Assembly (NCBI GenBank): GCA_951406725.2
Contig: OX597816.1
Location: 150,164,001 to 150,228,000 of the forward strand
Origin: Octopus vulgaris
Taxonomy: Eukaryota
DNA: 64,000 nt
Reading direction: 5' to 3'
In this document: positions 24,501-38,500 of the stretch, one piece after another
Layout: the number at the start of each line of letters is the position of its first letter
Numbering within the stretch: the first letter of the stretch is position 1
Notes under the pieces: generated by a model
What the model saw: only the letters and a program-made list of their open reading frames with translations
Databases searched by the model: none
What the model was told of the DNA's origin: nothing
Translations under genes and position numbers: made by a program

Positions 24501-26119
24501 TTTTTAAGATGGCAGGATGTTATTTGAGAAAAATTTAAGTGATATTTATAAGATGTTGATCAACCACATAGAGACTTCAGGATTGGCTCACTGCTTTTAT
24601 TGTGGTTTTGTGTGGTAGTGAGAGTATAGTATATCTGTTTTGTAGTCTAGTCTGAACATACACATTGAAATGTTTGAGTGATACCTGCACCAAAGATAAA
24701 CTGCTTATTTGGTTTCATTTGAAGCATGAATTTTTATTTTATGAAATTTATTAGCCGTTCACAAATTTAGTATGGACAAAGTGAGGTAATTGACACTTCG
24801 AACTAATTTGGTATATATGTGCATTTTTTGTTTGCTTGAGAGTTACTAGGAACAAAGTAAACAAAAACTATGGCAAACAGAGACAAAAATAAATGATGAT
24901 AATGAAATATTCTATACACAAATATTTCCTCCAACTCTTTATCATCATTATTACTATGGTTTTATAATTATTTCATATTCTATACTTCTTCCTCTTCCTG
25001 TTGGGAGTAAGAGGAAAAGGGAGAGTACCTCTTTGATCTAAAAGAAACTATGCTTGATAGCCAGTGAAAATGAATGGTTTAGTAGAAAGATAAGCAATCC
25101 CAGTAGGATCAAACATTTGCCAAGAGACTGAAATTTCAAAAGCCAAAATAATTGGCAATTATGTTTTATCTAATTCTTTTTCTCTCTCTCCTTTAGTGAA
25201 GGAGGGGTAGATTATTAGAAGCAAACCTCTCGTCTGCTCTGGCCATTTAGTGTGTTAAACATACACTGGATATTCTAGTACATGAGTTGTTAAAAAGGGA
25301 AAAATAAAGACTTTATATATGTATAATCAGTGTCAGACAATATTGGATGGCCTGAGAATATGCAAACATCTTAGGAAATTTTTCAAGACATATTTCCAAA
25401 TACAGCATTAGTGCAATGTTACGAATTTTGCTTCCACTGGTGAAACCATTACTCAGAGTGAGAAAACATGAAATTTTAGATAATATCAATAAACAATAAA
25501 TGTATATATAAACAAATAAATACTATAGATGTATAAATAAATTTTGATTCAAATGTATGCAATTCCCAATCCTAGGATGAAACTAATTTCATATACATTT
25601 GTTCAGTGAAGGAAATACTGTTGGTTAAGCTATACACAAAGTCAATATCTAGAATTCACAATTTCTTTTGATGGTTAGTTAAGATGAGTGAAGTGAACTT
25701 GTGTATTTAATTAGTAGGAACATGACAGAGAATGATTATTAATAAACTAATAATTATTATTAAACTTCTGCATGAGAATAGCAATAGAACATTGACCATC
25801 AAAATATAAAAATTAGGAATAGCTATTTACTCTTCCACATCATTTCCTCCACTGACTTTTTAAGCCAGTTTGATTTATATGCTTTCACACATCAACACTC
25901 CATACATATATTGTTTCATTCTTGCATCTAATGTTTCTCTAAAAAGGCTAGATCTCTACCATAATAACTTAATCCTTTTAATACCAAACTGCCTGAGACA
26001 ACTCTAGTCCTATGATAAAATCTTTCTGCTTTAAAATGATTAAATTAAAACCTTTTATTTTACTTTACAAAGTTACAAGCTTTTTGTTCAAATCCACATG
26101 TGTTTTGAAGTACACTAAA

Positions 26120-26420
26120 TTCTTAATACTTAATTCTACATGATATCCTAGGTACTAAATCATCTGGAAATGTTACCTGCAATAGACACCAAATTCAGCT
26201 CACTTGTTCTCATTAGTATAATACCATACAATTATTGCTAAGTATCCTAGGTGCTTAGGAAACACATTTATATATCTACAGCATCTTTCATGCACTGCAC
26301 CACAACTTTCAAACACTACATTAAAACCCTTTCTAAATCTTAAGAACCTTGGTTTTATGTATTAACACATCAGTGGTGTATATTCAAGGGATGCTAGTGA
26401 TACTCTTAGTTTCTATTTCA
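26120..26420 (-). mobile_element. Possible very old PIF/Harbinger transposase trace
   Basis: Minus strand IYTTDVLIHK..FRKGFNVVFESCGAVHERCCRYINVFPKHLG loosely follows IDGTH..I..P/NRKGF.S...QAV.D....F..V....PG. Catalytic residues are not conserved. Confidence 0.25.
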
Positions 26421-26789
26421 CAATTTCATACGATTTATAAAGTTTACTGTCATTTTCACATATGGTACTTATAACGTAAAATTTTCCATGACTTTGTGAT
26501 CAGAACATTTAGTTTCAGCACCTACTTTATGCAAGTGGTTTGTGTTGTCTGTGCAAGAACCATGTAATTCTAAGTGTCCTACTGATATATATTTTGCCTC
26601 ATATATATTTCACATTTTGTGCATTAATTATATAGTCATTTTAATGTGATATTTATTTTGTACGCCAAAGTTCAAACATGCTAAATGATGTTTGGCATGC
26701 CTTGTTTTATTAATAACAACAAAGATCAACATACACATGTATGTACCCACACTCATACTCACATGCACATATTATTTTACTTGTCTTTT

Positions 26790-27090
26790 ATTTTTGTCTT
26801 TTCAGTCACTAATCAGTGACCAAGCTGGGGTGTCAGCTTCACTGGTGTTATCACTCATATTGATCCCAGTGCTTTTTCTCTTTCATGTCTGAAACTTTGT
26901 TTGTTGAACCACTAATTTAGGGTACATGAATATAGATACAGTAAATACATGTATATATGGTGGCTTATTACAGTTTCTATCAACTAAATTTCACTAACAA
27001 GGCATTGGTCAACATGAGGCTATAGTAGAAAATACTGAACCCAAAACCATATGTTGTGAACCTCTTAATCATGCTGCCATAACTGTATCT
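26790..27090 (-). mobile_element. Degenerate SINE A
   Basis: AAGGCATTGGTCAAC..GGCTATAGTAGAA matches the reverse complement of family A. Confidence 0.65.
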
Positions 27091-27165
27091 ATGTGTGTTT
27101 AGTATGCTCTATAGTACTTGAACATTAGTCTTCAAAATAATATATAATAATATTACATATGCATG

Positions 27166-27167
<2 letters not shown>

Positions 27168-27218
<51 letters not shown>
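27168..27218. repeat. (CA)n microsatellite
   Basis: Direct reading. Confidence 0.95.
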
Positions 27219-27221
<3 letters not shown>

Positions 27222-28616
27222 CAAATATGGATGCACGTACATAGACTGAAGGAAATTCACCCAGCATTAGTTATAATTAAAAGTTGAGAAACAATGTTGC
27301 ATTACAAATTAAAATACAACTATTTACTTTGTAATTATCTATTACATTTCCAGCAATAGATTTCTCTGCCTTTTAATATTTTGCTGAAACAAGACTATGC
27401 AATAATTACTGATATTATTATGGAAGATCAGTAATTACTCTATATTTTTGTGCTATTCATGTGTAAGACATGAGTAAATAAGTAATTTTAGGTTTATATG
27501 TATATTGCTTTTTTTAACATCTTCATAACATTAAACATTTGTATATACACACTGTATATATACACGCACAAAGAATAATTCAGCATTATTCAATATTAGT
27601 ACTTTTGAAGAGGTGAAGGTTAGATCTTTGGACTTGCTCATGTGACATCCAAAAATATCTAATATATCTTGCTTCACACCAAACATTTCTTTAACTTAAG
27701 GTCCAAGTAAATTTGTTCTTTTGTTTTCATTTAGTTACAGCATTATGAAGATATTGAAAATATAGGTATAAACCATCTCAACAAAGAAAGAATAAAGAAA
27801 AAATCCAGTTCATTTACTAATTCTTTTACTTACTACACCCAGACACATAAGAAAACAAATACAGAACCCCACCCACACATACATAAATTTGCTAACATTT
27901 GTACAATGAGTAATATTAATATTATATTAAACAGGAGTTTCAAAATATTGTTCTAATGGATAATGATTTCAAGGAGTTTGGTTTTTTATACCACCACTTC
28001 AGAAATAAACAGATTGAAATACAATGATTCTAATGGGATCAGGTACTTAGTGTAAAGAACAAAAGTCATGTTTATTAAATTAATCAAGAGATTACCCAAA
28101 GATGAAGATTAAAAACAATTCAGTAAATTTGGATACATATTTATAGTATGTTCTTTCTTTCTACCTTGTACGCAATTATTTTTTATATTTCAAATTTTGT
28201 GAACAGTAGCACTGCTTTGACAATAGATTATAACATTGTATGAGAGCTATAGAACCACTGTGACAAAATGTTATTGCTGAAATGAGCTGTGCTGGGTGTG
28301 GCCCTTGTAACATCATTGCTGATAAAGAATATGCTAAGTTTATCATACTCTGGTTAAGCTCAAGGCAACAAAAGATGCATTCTATTGGTATTTCTTTCAA
28401 GGTACCGACAGTAATTGTACCTTTTTGACTGGTTAATAAAAACAACCAGTTGTAGCAAATCTATCCATCAGCATGACTAGGCTTGCAAACAATCATGAGT
28501 AAGAAGAGGATGACAGCTAGGGTTATTAAAATCTATTTAGGCATGAATTTATTGAAAGATTCTCAGAGTCAATTCTAAGAGAACTCCAAAACTCTCTTAT
28601 ACCCAGAGCTCATGGA

Positions 28617-28775
28617 ATGAAAAGCAAGCGAAGTAAGAACCCATTCTTGGTGATTGTGTCTGAGGCTACTACAAGCAATGGACATGTGATGCCACCTCAT
28701 TTCATCAAAGCTATTCTTAACAGCTATACAAGTGAGCATTTGAACATCCTTGACAAAGTTCTAATGCCATAGATT
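28617..28775 (+). mobile_element. DD37D/maT-like transposase catalytic-domain fragment
   Basis: KNPFLVIVSEATTSNGHVMPPHFIKAILNSYTSEHLNILDKVLMP*I matches the K.P.SVMV....S.G.VMPPHF...L......Y...L..V..PWI motif. Confidence 0.7.
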
Positions 28776-29180
28776 CATCATCATCATCATTTAACATCCA
28801 TTGTCCATGCTTGGATGGTTTGCTGGGCTGGCATGCTGGAAGGCTGCACCTGACTCCAGTCTGATTTGGCATGGTTTTCTATGGCTGGATGCCCTTCCTA
28901 ATGCCAACCACTCTGAGAGTGTAATTGGTGCTTTTACAAGCCACCGACATGGGTGCCATTTGTATGACACTGGGGTTTATGTGCCAATTTGCATGCCACC
29001 AGTATCTGCCGTGACTGTGATTTTACTTAGCTTGATGAGTCTTCTTCTCAAATATGACATAATGCCAAAGGTCTTGGTTATTGCCACTGTGAGACCCAAC
29101 ACTCGAAAGAAACTCAGTGACTTTGCCTCTGTCAGGCCCAACACTCAAGAGGAACTCAGCCACTTTGTCAAAATTTCTTC
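28776..29180 (-). mobile_element. RTE LINE 3' tail
   Basis: (CAT)n, then TTTAACATCC, GGCTGGATGCCCTTCCTAATGCCAACCACTC and GTCTTCTTCTCAA. Confidence 0.88.
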
Positions 29181-29440
29181 TCTCTGGCATGTGTATACAA
29201 CCCCCCCACATGCATATATATAAAAATGAATATATATATATAAATGAATAGTTTTTATCCAAATCCTGACTATCTCTTTTATTTTTAATATATAAAAACT
29301 GTACGCTACTTCAGACAATCTATACATTACATACATACATACATATGTACATATATATATATAAAGTTAAATAAAGCCAGTGTATGGGATTACCCTGGGT
29401 TTCATATCCATAAAGCAGCAATATATCTATGTATATATAT

Positions 29441-29705
29441 ATTTTTCTAAAATTTTCATTACATCTTGCAACCTTTTCAATAGTCGTTGACTCTGAGTAA
29501 TGAACAGAGTCAATGACTATTGAAAAGGTTGCAAGACACAATGAAAATTTTAGAAAAATTAAAAAGAAATAAGTGGAAATTTTACCGGTGAGTGTGTTAA
29601 ATTATAAGGCACCAAAAGAGAATGACTCTCCCTAGACACAACAGAATATGCTTCAACACACACGAACTCACATAAAGAATCTTGCAAACCAAATCCCAAA
29701 ACGAA
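29441..29705 (+). mobile_element. Near-perfect hairpin plus PLE-like tail
   Basis: Arms at 29441-29495 and 29505-29559 with a 9-nt loop. Each arm has GAAA AGGTT GCA AG, resembling an HHR 3' half. The unit sits between TA-rich tracts. Confidence 0.6.
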
Positions 29706-29892
29706 ATATATATAAATATATGCATGTGTGGGAGGGGGTTTGTATACACATGACAGAGAGAAGAAATTTTGACAAAGATCTGAAAAGTATTTTTGAAGTG
29801 GTAGCTTGCAATAAGAAATGAAAATAACTTCCTACTGGCAAAAGATACAATTTAATTAAATAGAATGATGATAATATAAGGTCCATAAATAT

Positions 29893-30721
29893 AGCATGTA
29901 CTGCTTTGTATGTGTTTGAGCATGCATAGCATTCTAGTCATTACAGCTTGAGAATGGAAAGTAAAGTAGTTGACCTTGACAGAATTTGAAATCAGAACAG
30001 AAAGGATCTTAACTAAATATCACAAAGCATTTTGTCTGCTGCTCTATAGATTCTGCCAGTCCATTTCATTGAAATGAATTGGCAGAATCTACAAGAAAAG
30101 AAAGATTTTGAAGTTAATTTAGGTGATTGCAGCAAATTTAAACCCTTCTATTTTTGTTTGTGCAAACCTAGACAGATATAAAGATGAAACGAGATAGGGT
30201 GTCAATCTAATCTTATTGGACTGAGTTCATTATATCAGCGAGAGGAATTTCATTGTTTCTGGGCAAGAAACATAACCCTAACTCAGTTAATATGACAGGA
30301 GAATACTGATCTAACCAACAGAGAAAAGTTACCAGCTGGCATTCCAATCAAGAAGGATATTTTTTCATACCACTACTATAACAGCCTACTACTGCTTCAA
30401 ACTATTACTACAACAACCTCTCTGCTTCTCTTTATATCTATCTAGATTTGCACTAACAAAAGTAGATGGGTTTAAAGTTGCTGAAATTACCCAAATTAAC
30501 TTCAAAATCTTCCTCTTTGTGAAGATTCTGTTAATCCATTTCAATGAAATGGATTGGCAGAATCTATAGAGTAGCAGGCAAAATGATTTGTGGTATTTAG
30601 TTAAGATCCTTTATGTTCTGATTTCAAATTTTGTCACGGTCACAACTTTACCTTCCATTCTCAAACTGTAGTGATTAGAATTCTGTGCATGCTCGAACAC
30701 ACACACAGAGCAGTATTTGCT
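29893..30721. repeat. About 300-bp inverted duplication (arms 29893-30197 and 30417-30721)
   Basis: The arms align across a SINE B fragment and unique flanks on both sides. Each arm has a nested hairpin AGATTCTGCCA..TGGCAGAATCT. Confidence 0.9.
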
Positions 30722-30724
30722 GCA

Positions 30725-30945
30725 AAGGCCTCTTCTCTACTTGTCTGAGTAATTAGTTGTATACCACTTTGGTGTAGACCCATAACCCTCTTCTCTGTTG
30801 CTGCCCATACCATGATTTACACCATTTGCAGTAACCACTTCACTCAATCCTTCATTATCAGAATGTCAACCCTCTGGAATTCTTTTCCCTGCTGGTGTTG
30901 ACTTACAGATGTTCAAATTGAACATCAACCACCTCAGTGTCCCTA
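30725..30945 (+). mobile_element. CR1/L2-like LINE RT C-terminal fragment
   Basis: NHFTQSFIIRMSTLWNSFP..VDLQMFKLNINHL, matching the SF..R...LWN.LP....DL..FK..IN motif. Confidence 0.7.
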
Positions 30946-32324
30946 GTCTAAAAGGGCCTGCAAAACTCATGGACATTGTCTGTTCCTTCTGACAAAAACA
31001 TTTTTTAAAAAATCTCCTTTAAAACTACATAAGCAAAGGTAAGGCCTATGAATTAAATTAGATCATTAAATGATTAACTTTTTAGAAGTTTTATTTTTAT
31101 AATAATTAAATAGTGAACATTGTAGTAATTATGTAAGTGATTTGTAGTCACTACTTTAACTTAAAACTGACAAGAACTTTGTTAGGTTATTGTGTTGAAA
31201 GGAAAAAAATCATTTTACATGAGAGAAGAATTGAATGAAAAAGTATATTTGACTGCAGTAATTAAAAATTAGCTTCAAAACATAAAGCTAATAACATGTT
31301 TCGAACCCACAACCATTGCTGAGTATATATAACTCAATAACTGAATCTTATAAGATTTGAAACATTTTATTAATGAATATTTTTATTAATTAATAACCAT
31401 ACACAACATGATATCAAAACATTATTTGATCTGAGGAAGTATTTAAAATGCTTAGCTTTTTTAATGTAAAAGATTCATTATATTGTCCACTAAGGAAATG
31501 TGAACTACTTCTTCCTTTTGGTCAACACAACCAAGCCTACTTAACTAACATTCATACAATGATAACAATTAAATAAAACCAATAAAAATGATGAATGAAG
31601 AGTTACAATTCACAGAAAATATATACACAACACAAATACATATACTACTTTGCCTTCTCTACTTCCTCAATAATAACCAGGGACTTGTATCTTTGGGAAT
31701 TTATAGCACTGTTATGACAATCATTCAAATTCCTCAGTTTAAAAGTACAAGAAATTGTCATGAAACTATACTGCCTTTACAGCAAGCTAATGAATAAAAC
31801 ATCAAGGCATTATAGAACCATGATAAAAGAAATATATAACAGTCTAAGAGAATACCAATTGTGAATCTAGAAGTTTCATACTGGAGAAAGAATGGAAATT
31901 AAACATATCAGAAAGAAATGGACTCATAAAGATTACAAAGAGAGCAAATATTTCAACAAATATTTATGAGGGTATCATACAAATATTTTATATATTCCAC
32001 AGCTATAATTACTAATTATTTCATACATACACCCACATAAATGTGTATATTCACATTCACACACATATGTAATTATGTGTATGAGTATTTGCATGCAAGT
32101 ATGTGGTGGAGAGATAAAAAAATGAAAGAAAGATATCTTAGCTATTTTAAGAGACTACAACAGAGTAGTTTGGATGGAAGAAAGGCCTACCCAAGCAACA
32201 AACATGGTGAAACACAGAGAGTATGCAGTTAAACAGTATTTATTACAACAGGATGATAAATACAAAGTTTCCAAACTTAAAGTAAATTAAAGTATTGCTG
32301 GTGAGAAGTTTGACAGAAATAATC

Positions 32325-32775
32325 TTTTCTACTATGGGTAGAAGGCCTGAATTTTGGAGTCAGGGAGGCCAGTCCATTTCATTCACACCCCCAGTGCTCA
32401 ACTGGTGCTTGTTTCATCAACCCTGAATGGATGAAGGGCAAAGTTGACCTTGGCAGAATTTAAACTCAGAATATAAAGCCAAAGAAATTCCGCTAAGCAT
32501 TTTAGCCAGTTTGGTAATAATTCTACCAGCTTGCTGGCGTAAGTTTGTCAGAAATAATGGTTTCAAATTTCAGTACAAGATCAACAATTTTAGGGGAAGG
32601 GTAAGTTGGTTACATAGACCTCACTGCTCAACTAGTACTTATTATATCAACACTGAAAGGATGAAAGGCTTAGTTAACTTTTGCAGAATTTGAACTCAGA
32701 ATGTAAAGAGCTGGAAGAAATGTTGCTAAGTATTTTGTCCAATGAGTTAACAGTTCTACTAGCTTCCTGCCTTAT
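32325..32775 (-). mobile_element. Two tandem SINE B copies
   Basis: Two successive GGATGAA.GGC.AAGTT.AC.TT.GCAGAATTT.AACTCAGAA blocks (about 32325-32538 and 32555-32775). Confidence 0.85.
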
Positions 32776-34124
32776 GTTTAACAAAAATAATATGTGCACA
32801 TTTACACTCAGAAACAAATGTACTAAATATATAAGGATGGTGAGATAATATAAACATGTCTCCTTAGTCATGAAAACTTTTAAAGGACTAGTGACAAGTT
32901 CTCATTTCATAACAATAAACAAATGAAATCTCTCTTTGTATTGTGTGCAGGAATATCTCAGGAAAACTTCACAGGAGATGTAGTGCCTATTCCTAATAAC
33001 TCTATGAAGTGTGGTACATAAAATAAAGTATGCTATCTAAACATGCAATAAAACAACCGAAACAAGAAATCAGCTTCTATGATACATGGTTAGCTAAGCT
33101 ATTACAAATAGCAATTAAAAGTACCTAAAATCATTTTTTACTCTCTTTAAAAAAAAAAAAACAAGACACTAGAGATAATTTTGGTAATCTGTCAGAATAA
33201 AAGCATGGGTGCAGCTCAGGTTTGACTGAGGGTTGAACATTAACAACTACTATGTTGAATTTGAACTCAAGACCTTTCAGCTGGTGGTTTTGACGCTAAA
33301 AATAACTGAGGTTGGAAAACAGAACTTAATGAGGGAACTAATGCATCATCAGAAGGTAGTCAACTATAGCATATTTAGCAAGAGCATGTCATGTAAAAAT
33401 TGAGAAAAGTTGCACTTTACAGAGTGTTGAGAGATGGTGTATTGCAGGTATGCCAGTATCAGAAAATGGGTATCAAACTGATGATAATTAATTGTGTCAG
33501 ATGATTATGTGATATTAAAATACATGTAAAATGATTGCATCTTCATTTGGGTGGTACACCTAACATGCTCCCCATTCCTTGTCTAATACAATATGATCCT
33601 TGCATATATTCTAACAAGCCCCCTTGTTCCTTCTCCACCCATGTTTTTCCAGTAGACATTAACCAGCAAAGTTTGGACTGGGCAATGCTTTCACCAATCT
33701 GGAAGAGGCAGAAAGAGTCATGTGAACTACTCCTTCCCTTATGACTTAGACAAATGATAATTTCACTTTCACTTCACAGGTGAAGGGTCAGTAGTAAGGT
33801 ACCTAAATATAAAATGTTTGAAATGTCAATAAAACACACTGGTTGACTAGCCATTTGTTATTGTGATCTACTTCATGAGGTTCAGCCTTCTGAGAGCAGC
33901 AACAATCACCACTTCTCTCCACATTTTTCTTGTTCTTCCTTTTCTGCATGTTCATGTAGGCTATTTGGTAATTTTTTACCCAAATTTTATGCTCTATAGG
34001 CATTCTATACCGTCTCAAATTTCTCCTTTGCACAGCTTTTCTCTCAGTTAATTTGCACTCACTCTGTTATAATTACATATGGGTGTGTGTAAATGTATGT
34101 GTGTGTGCATATATATAAAACATT

Positions 34125-34388
34125 ACCATCATCATCATCATTTAATGTCCGTTGTCCATGCAGGCATGGGTTAGATGGTTTGACCAGGGCTGGTAAGGTG
34201 GAAGGCTGCACCAGACTTCAGTCTGATTTGGCATGGTTTTCTATGGCTGGATGCCCTTCCTAATGCCAACCACTCCAAGACACTGGTATCTGCCAAGACT
34301 GTAATTTTGCTTGGTTTGATGGGTTTTCTTCTCAAGCAAAAAACCCTCCAAACTGAGCAAAATCACAGTTATGGCAGATACCGGTGTC
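34125..34388 (-). mobile_element. RTE tail with self-inverted 5' end
   Basis: (CAT)n tail. 34279-34327 and 34340-34388 are reverse complements. Confidence 0.85.
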
Positions 34389-34654
34389 ACAACAGGAAAA
34401 TGGAATAATTACAAATTAAAACAACTGTTTCATTGTTTCTGTGCAGTGGTAGCAGCTGTGAATTGCTGAGTTTTCATTATCATATTACATATTTAGAAGT
34501 CAAATACATACAATAATAAACAAACACACACACACACAATGATTAGCCAACCCATCTAGTAAGGCAGTAACTTCAAGTAGGGGTCGCCTTACACTGTGAC
34601 TACCCAGCCAACTCATGCCAACATGAAAAGGCAGAAGTACACGCACATATACAT

Positions 34655-35545
34655 ATGGAGTGCAGAGATGGCAATGTGATTAAAGAATTAGATTACCAAC
34701 TATATGGCACCTTGAGTATAAGCCTTCTATTACAACCTTGAGCTGACCAAAGCCTTGTGAATAGATTCGGTAGATGAAAACAGAAAGAACCCAATGTGTG
34801 TGTGTGTGTGTGTATAAACCACCTTCACACTGGCCATCTTTGTCCTCTCCTGTCCCCAAAAAACCACTTTATCTCTTTCCACTTCCAGTCACATCAGCAA
34901 TATAACTACACTTGAGCTGCAGGTGATTTTTTCCCCCCTTCTTTGGACTCTTCCTTTTTTCCTTTCCAGCAAAGAGCTATGCTCAAAATGTGAAAAACTC
35001 TCTTTTTACTGAGCATCAAACTAATATATTCCATGTGTACATCCTCTTGTTTGTTATTGTTATTTTTAACATCATTTATTTGATTCACACACACACACAC
35101 ACACATTCATCACCATCATTTAATGCCCAACTTCATTCTGGCAGGGGTTGAATGCTATGACAGGGTCTGACAAGTTCAGAGTCAGAGGAATATGTCACAA
35201 ACCAATTTCTATTTTGGTGTGCTTACTATATTTGGATGCCCTTCTTAATGCCAACCACTTAAGGGAGTGTACAGGTTGTTTTTCATGGCGCCAGCACTAA
35301 ATATATACATATATATGGAATTGTGTGTATATGTGTATACACACATACTCAATATATACAATATATAATATATATTATAATATGTATAAATATAATATAT
35401 CATACTATGTATAAATACATGAATATAGAAATATATATAAAATATAAGCGCAGGCATGGCTGCATGAGTAAGATATTTTCCAAGTGCATATTTTTGGATA
35501 CAGTCCCACTGTGTGGTTACTTGGGCAAGTGTCTTCAACTATAGG
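34655..35545. mobile_element. Cluster: SINE A (34655-34815 +), RTE tail (35105-35297 -), SINE A head (35448-35545 +)
   Basis: Family motifs GACCAAAGCCTTGTGA, GGATGCCCTTCTTAATGCCAACC and GCGCAGGCATGGCTG..CAGTCCCACTG..TTGGGCAAGTGTCTTC. Confidence 0.75.
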
Positions 35546-38500
35546 TTAAGGTCGATGGGGAAGAGTATCTGATCACAGAAAATTTGTCTGTATGAATTTC
35601 GTCCAATCAAAGCATGCATGGAAAAGCATATATCATAACAACGTAAAACAAAAATGTATAATATACTGTATATTGTTAGTATTTTAATTATACAGTAGTT
35701 CATCCCACAGGTATAACTCCTACTCTTCAATATCTCTCATTATTTTCTCACTTCCATTCATGCACTCTAAGTAGTTAGACCACTACTTTTTGTCAATGCA
35801 GAATCAACATCTTTGGTGGTGAATACATACCTTATAACTAAATTACTGCATTCTTATTTATTCCCTAATGCATTGGTGTAAGCATACTGTAATGTGGGTG
35901 CTTAAAAATTGTTATTTTCATGCATATTAATGTTATTATTACTTTCTTTTTCTTCAGAAAAGTTCTGTCAAAATTCATTTCAATTTATAACACAGAAGCC
36001 AATGGAAGAATAGGTGTCACAATATGGAATTCCACTTTATGACAAAATTTTCTAAAGCACAATGTTTCTGTAATGTTAGGGATGAGATGCAAATGTGTGT
36101 ATGTGTGCATATACATTATATATGATGTGTATACATTATGTATATATATATATATATATATATACACACTTTGAGAAGAATTGATATTACAAGCATTGAG
36201 TAATAGTAGTCATTCTTGAATGTAAGGAAACAATGTGAATTAAAAATGCATTTGCACAGCTGTAAATGCTGCACACAAAGATGAATACAGACTAACACCT
36301 AACAACTTTCTATTTATTTTTTTTCTCTTTTATCTTCTCTTTTTGAAGTGTGAAGTAATTTAATTTTTGTCATGTCTCATATCTTGTGAGAAAACAAAAA
36401 AAAGGAAATATAAATATATAAATTCAAAATTTTTTAAAAACATTTGTTGCGTAGTTGAATAAGTAATTAAAATAATAAAAGGATGAAGAAAAAATCCAGG
36501 TAGTAATAATATCACTAGTAACCCAGCCAAAATGTTGATTTATCTCTGAAACATTTGTCTGACTCAGATAAAGTACTAAAGAAGAGAAATGTGAGTGTAA
36601 TATGAATATGCACACACATATTGCAGCTAAAGATGTATGTGAGAAAGAAAGAAAGAAAGAAAGAAAGAAAGGTAGATAGATACAGATCAAGTGATGTTAG
36701 AAGGGGATAGAAAAGAGGAGAAAACAACCCATTAGCTCTAAAATAAAACAAAAATAACATGATAGCTGAAAAGAGGAAGTGAAAGCACTACAATAAAAGA
36801 ATATCTGAAACCAGAGATATCTGTACATCTTCGTATCAAAAATACATAAAAAGACAAAAAAATTTTTACAATCAGAATATAGATATATAGCTAGATTAAA
36901 ACAAAGTGAGAACATCTGATTTTGTAGATAATTATTTTGCAAAGCAATTTGTATACAGAGTTTTATGCTCAGGAGGAATACAACTGTTATCCTTTCAAGT
37001 TGGATACTTTGTATGTTCCCTTCCATAAACACTTCTGCAAGCTAGCAAAAACCCTTCTGGAAATAGCAGCCAAATCTTACTGAAGTCAGATCCTACCATC
37101 TAAATAATGAAAACCTATGGGGTAATTATAGTCCAGATATATCTGAAAACAAGACAGGAAGATTGTAGTTGGAGTGTCTTTAATCATAGATCTGCTTGAT
37201 CAGATCAGAACTTAGGCTAAACAACACCAGCAAATACTTTTGCTCCTATGAATTTGCTGACTATATAAGACTTATACCAAAATTTACTTTATTTTTCACT
37301 TAACTACTTCAAAAATCTTTCATTTGGACATATTAAAATATCACCCAATCCTTTCTCCTCAGCTAGCCCTGTACACAATGGATATCTCTTAACTACTTAT
37401 GTTTTAGCTATGTCAATGCAACTGCTAGCTTGCAAGTAATTCAGATAGAAAACTTACTAAATAAGGCTTATCCAAGTCTTTCAGCCCTTATACTAAAATA
37501 AATATAAAATGAGGAGGTTTTTCTAGACTGATAAGATTTGCAACAATATCCATATGAAGAAAGTGAGCAATAGCTGAACACTGCTAAAATGCACAAGAGG
37601 ATTTAAAAACTGCCACAATGCTCTTCTGAGTAATGCAATGAATTATAGAGATACGGCTAATTAATGAAAAATTTCAAATCTAATGCCTTTATGAACTCTA
37701 AACCAGTGAAGTAAATCAGAATTTATCATGAATTTCTATAGTATGAAGCAAATGAGTAACAAATACTCCTTGGTAAACAAGGTTTAACACAAAATCAGAA
37801 GACACAGCATAAGTGTTTCTGTCATAATTCCCTATTCTTTGCAAATTGTATTAACACTATATTCAGATTTTCAAAATTTTTCTAATCTCACAAACAATTC
37901 CAGATAGCTAAACTGTTTGTTTGGATGATTTGAGAATAGAAGGATTTGATATATATATGAAATAATAAAAGGAATAGGGTTGGCATAAAGTTGGTAGATT
38001 AGGCTATCAAGGACTGTTGTTTTGGCATAGTAAGAAACAGAAAGCAGACAATAAATGTAGCAATATTTTTGAACTGTGTGTTTATAAGCAGTAGAAGTAG
38101 TTTTGTTCCTTTTATGATATATTATGTCTGATATTTTGGTGCAGTTTAAGAAGACTAATTTTCTCAAGCCTTCAATGCAAGATGCTTGGAGAATCCTTAC
38201 TCATACCAAATGCAAAAATATGGCAGAAAGTTTAAAGGTTTCATGCATACTTAAAAGTGAAAATGACAAGGTTGACACAAATGAATAGAAGTAGAAGTTC
38301 TGTTCTATTATAATCTGTGTGGTATCATATTAGAATACTGAAAACTTATAAAAATGAAGTAGTTGAGCAAGTGTCTTCCACCTATCTTGAGTCAACCAAA
38401 ATCTTGTGAGTGAAATTTGGTAAGTGGAAGCTCTGTATGTATGTGTGTGCATGCGTGCATGGATGCATACACACACTCACACACACACACATGTGTATTG

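Noticed and set aside
33540-34033. Minus-strand peptides KEQGGL and PIEHKIWV suggesting L1 or piggyBac
   Set aside because: Single short motifs without supporting context.
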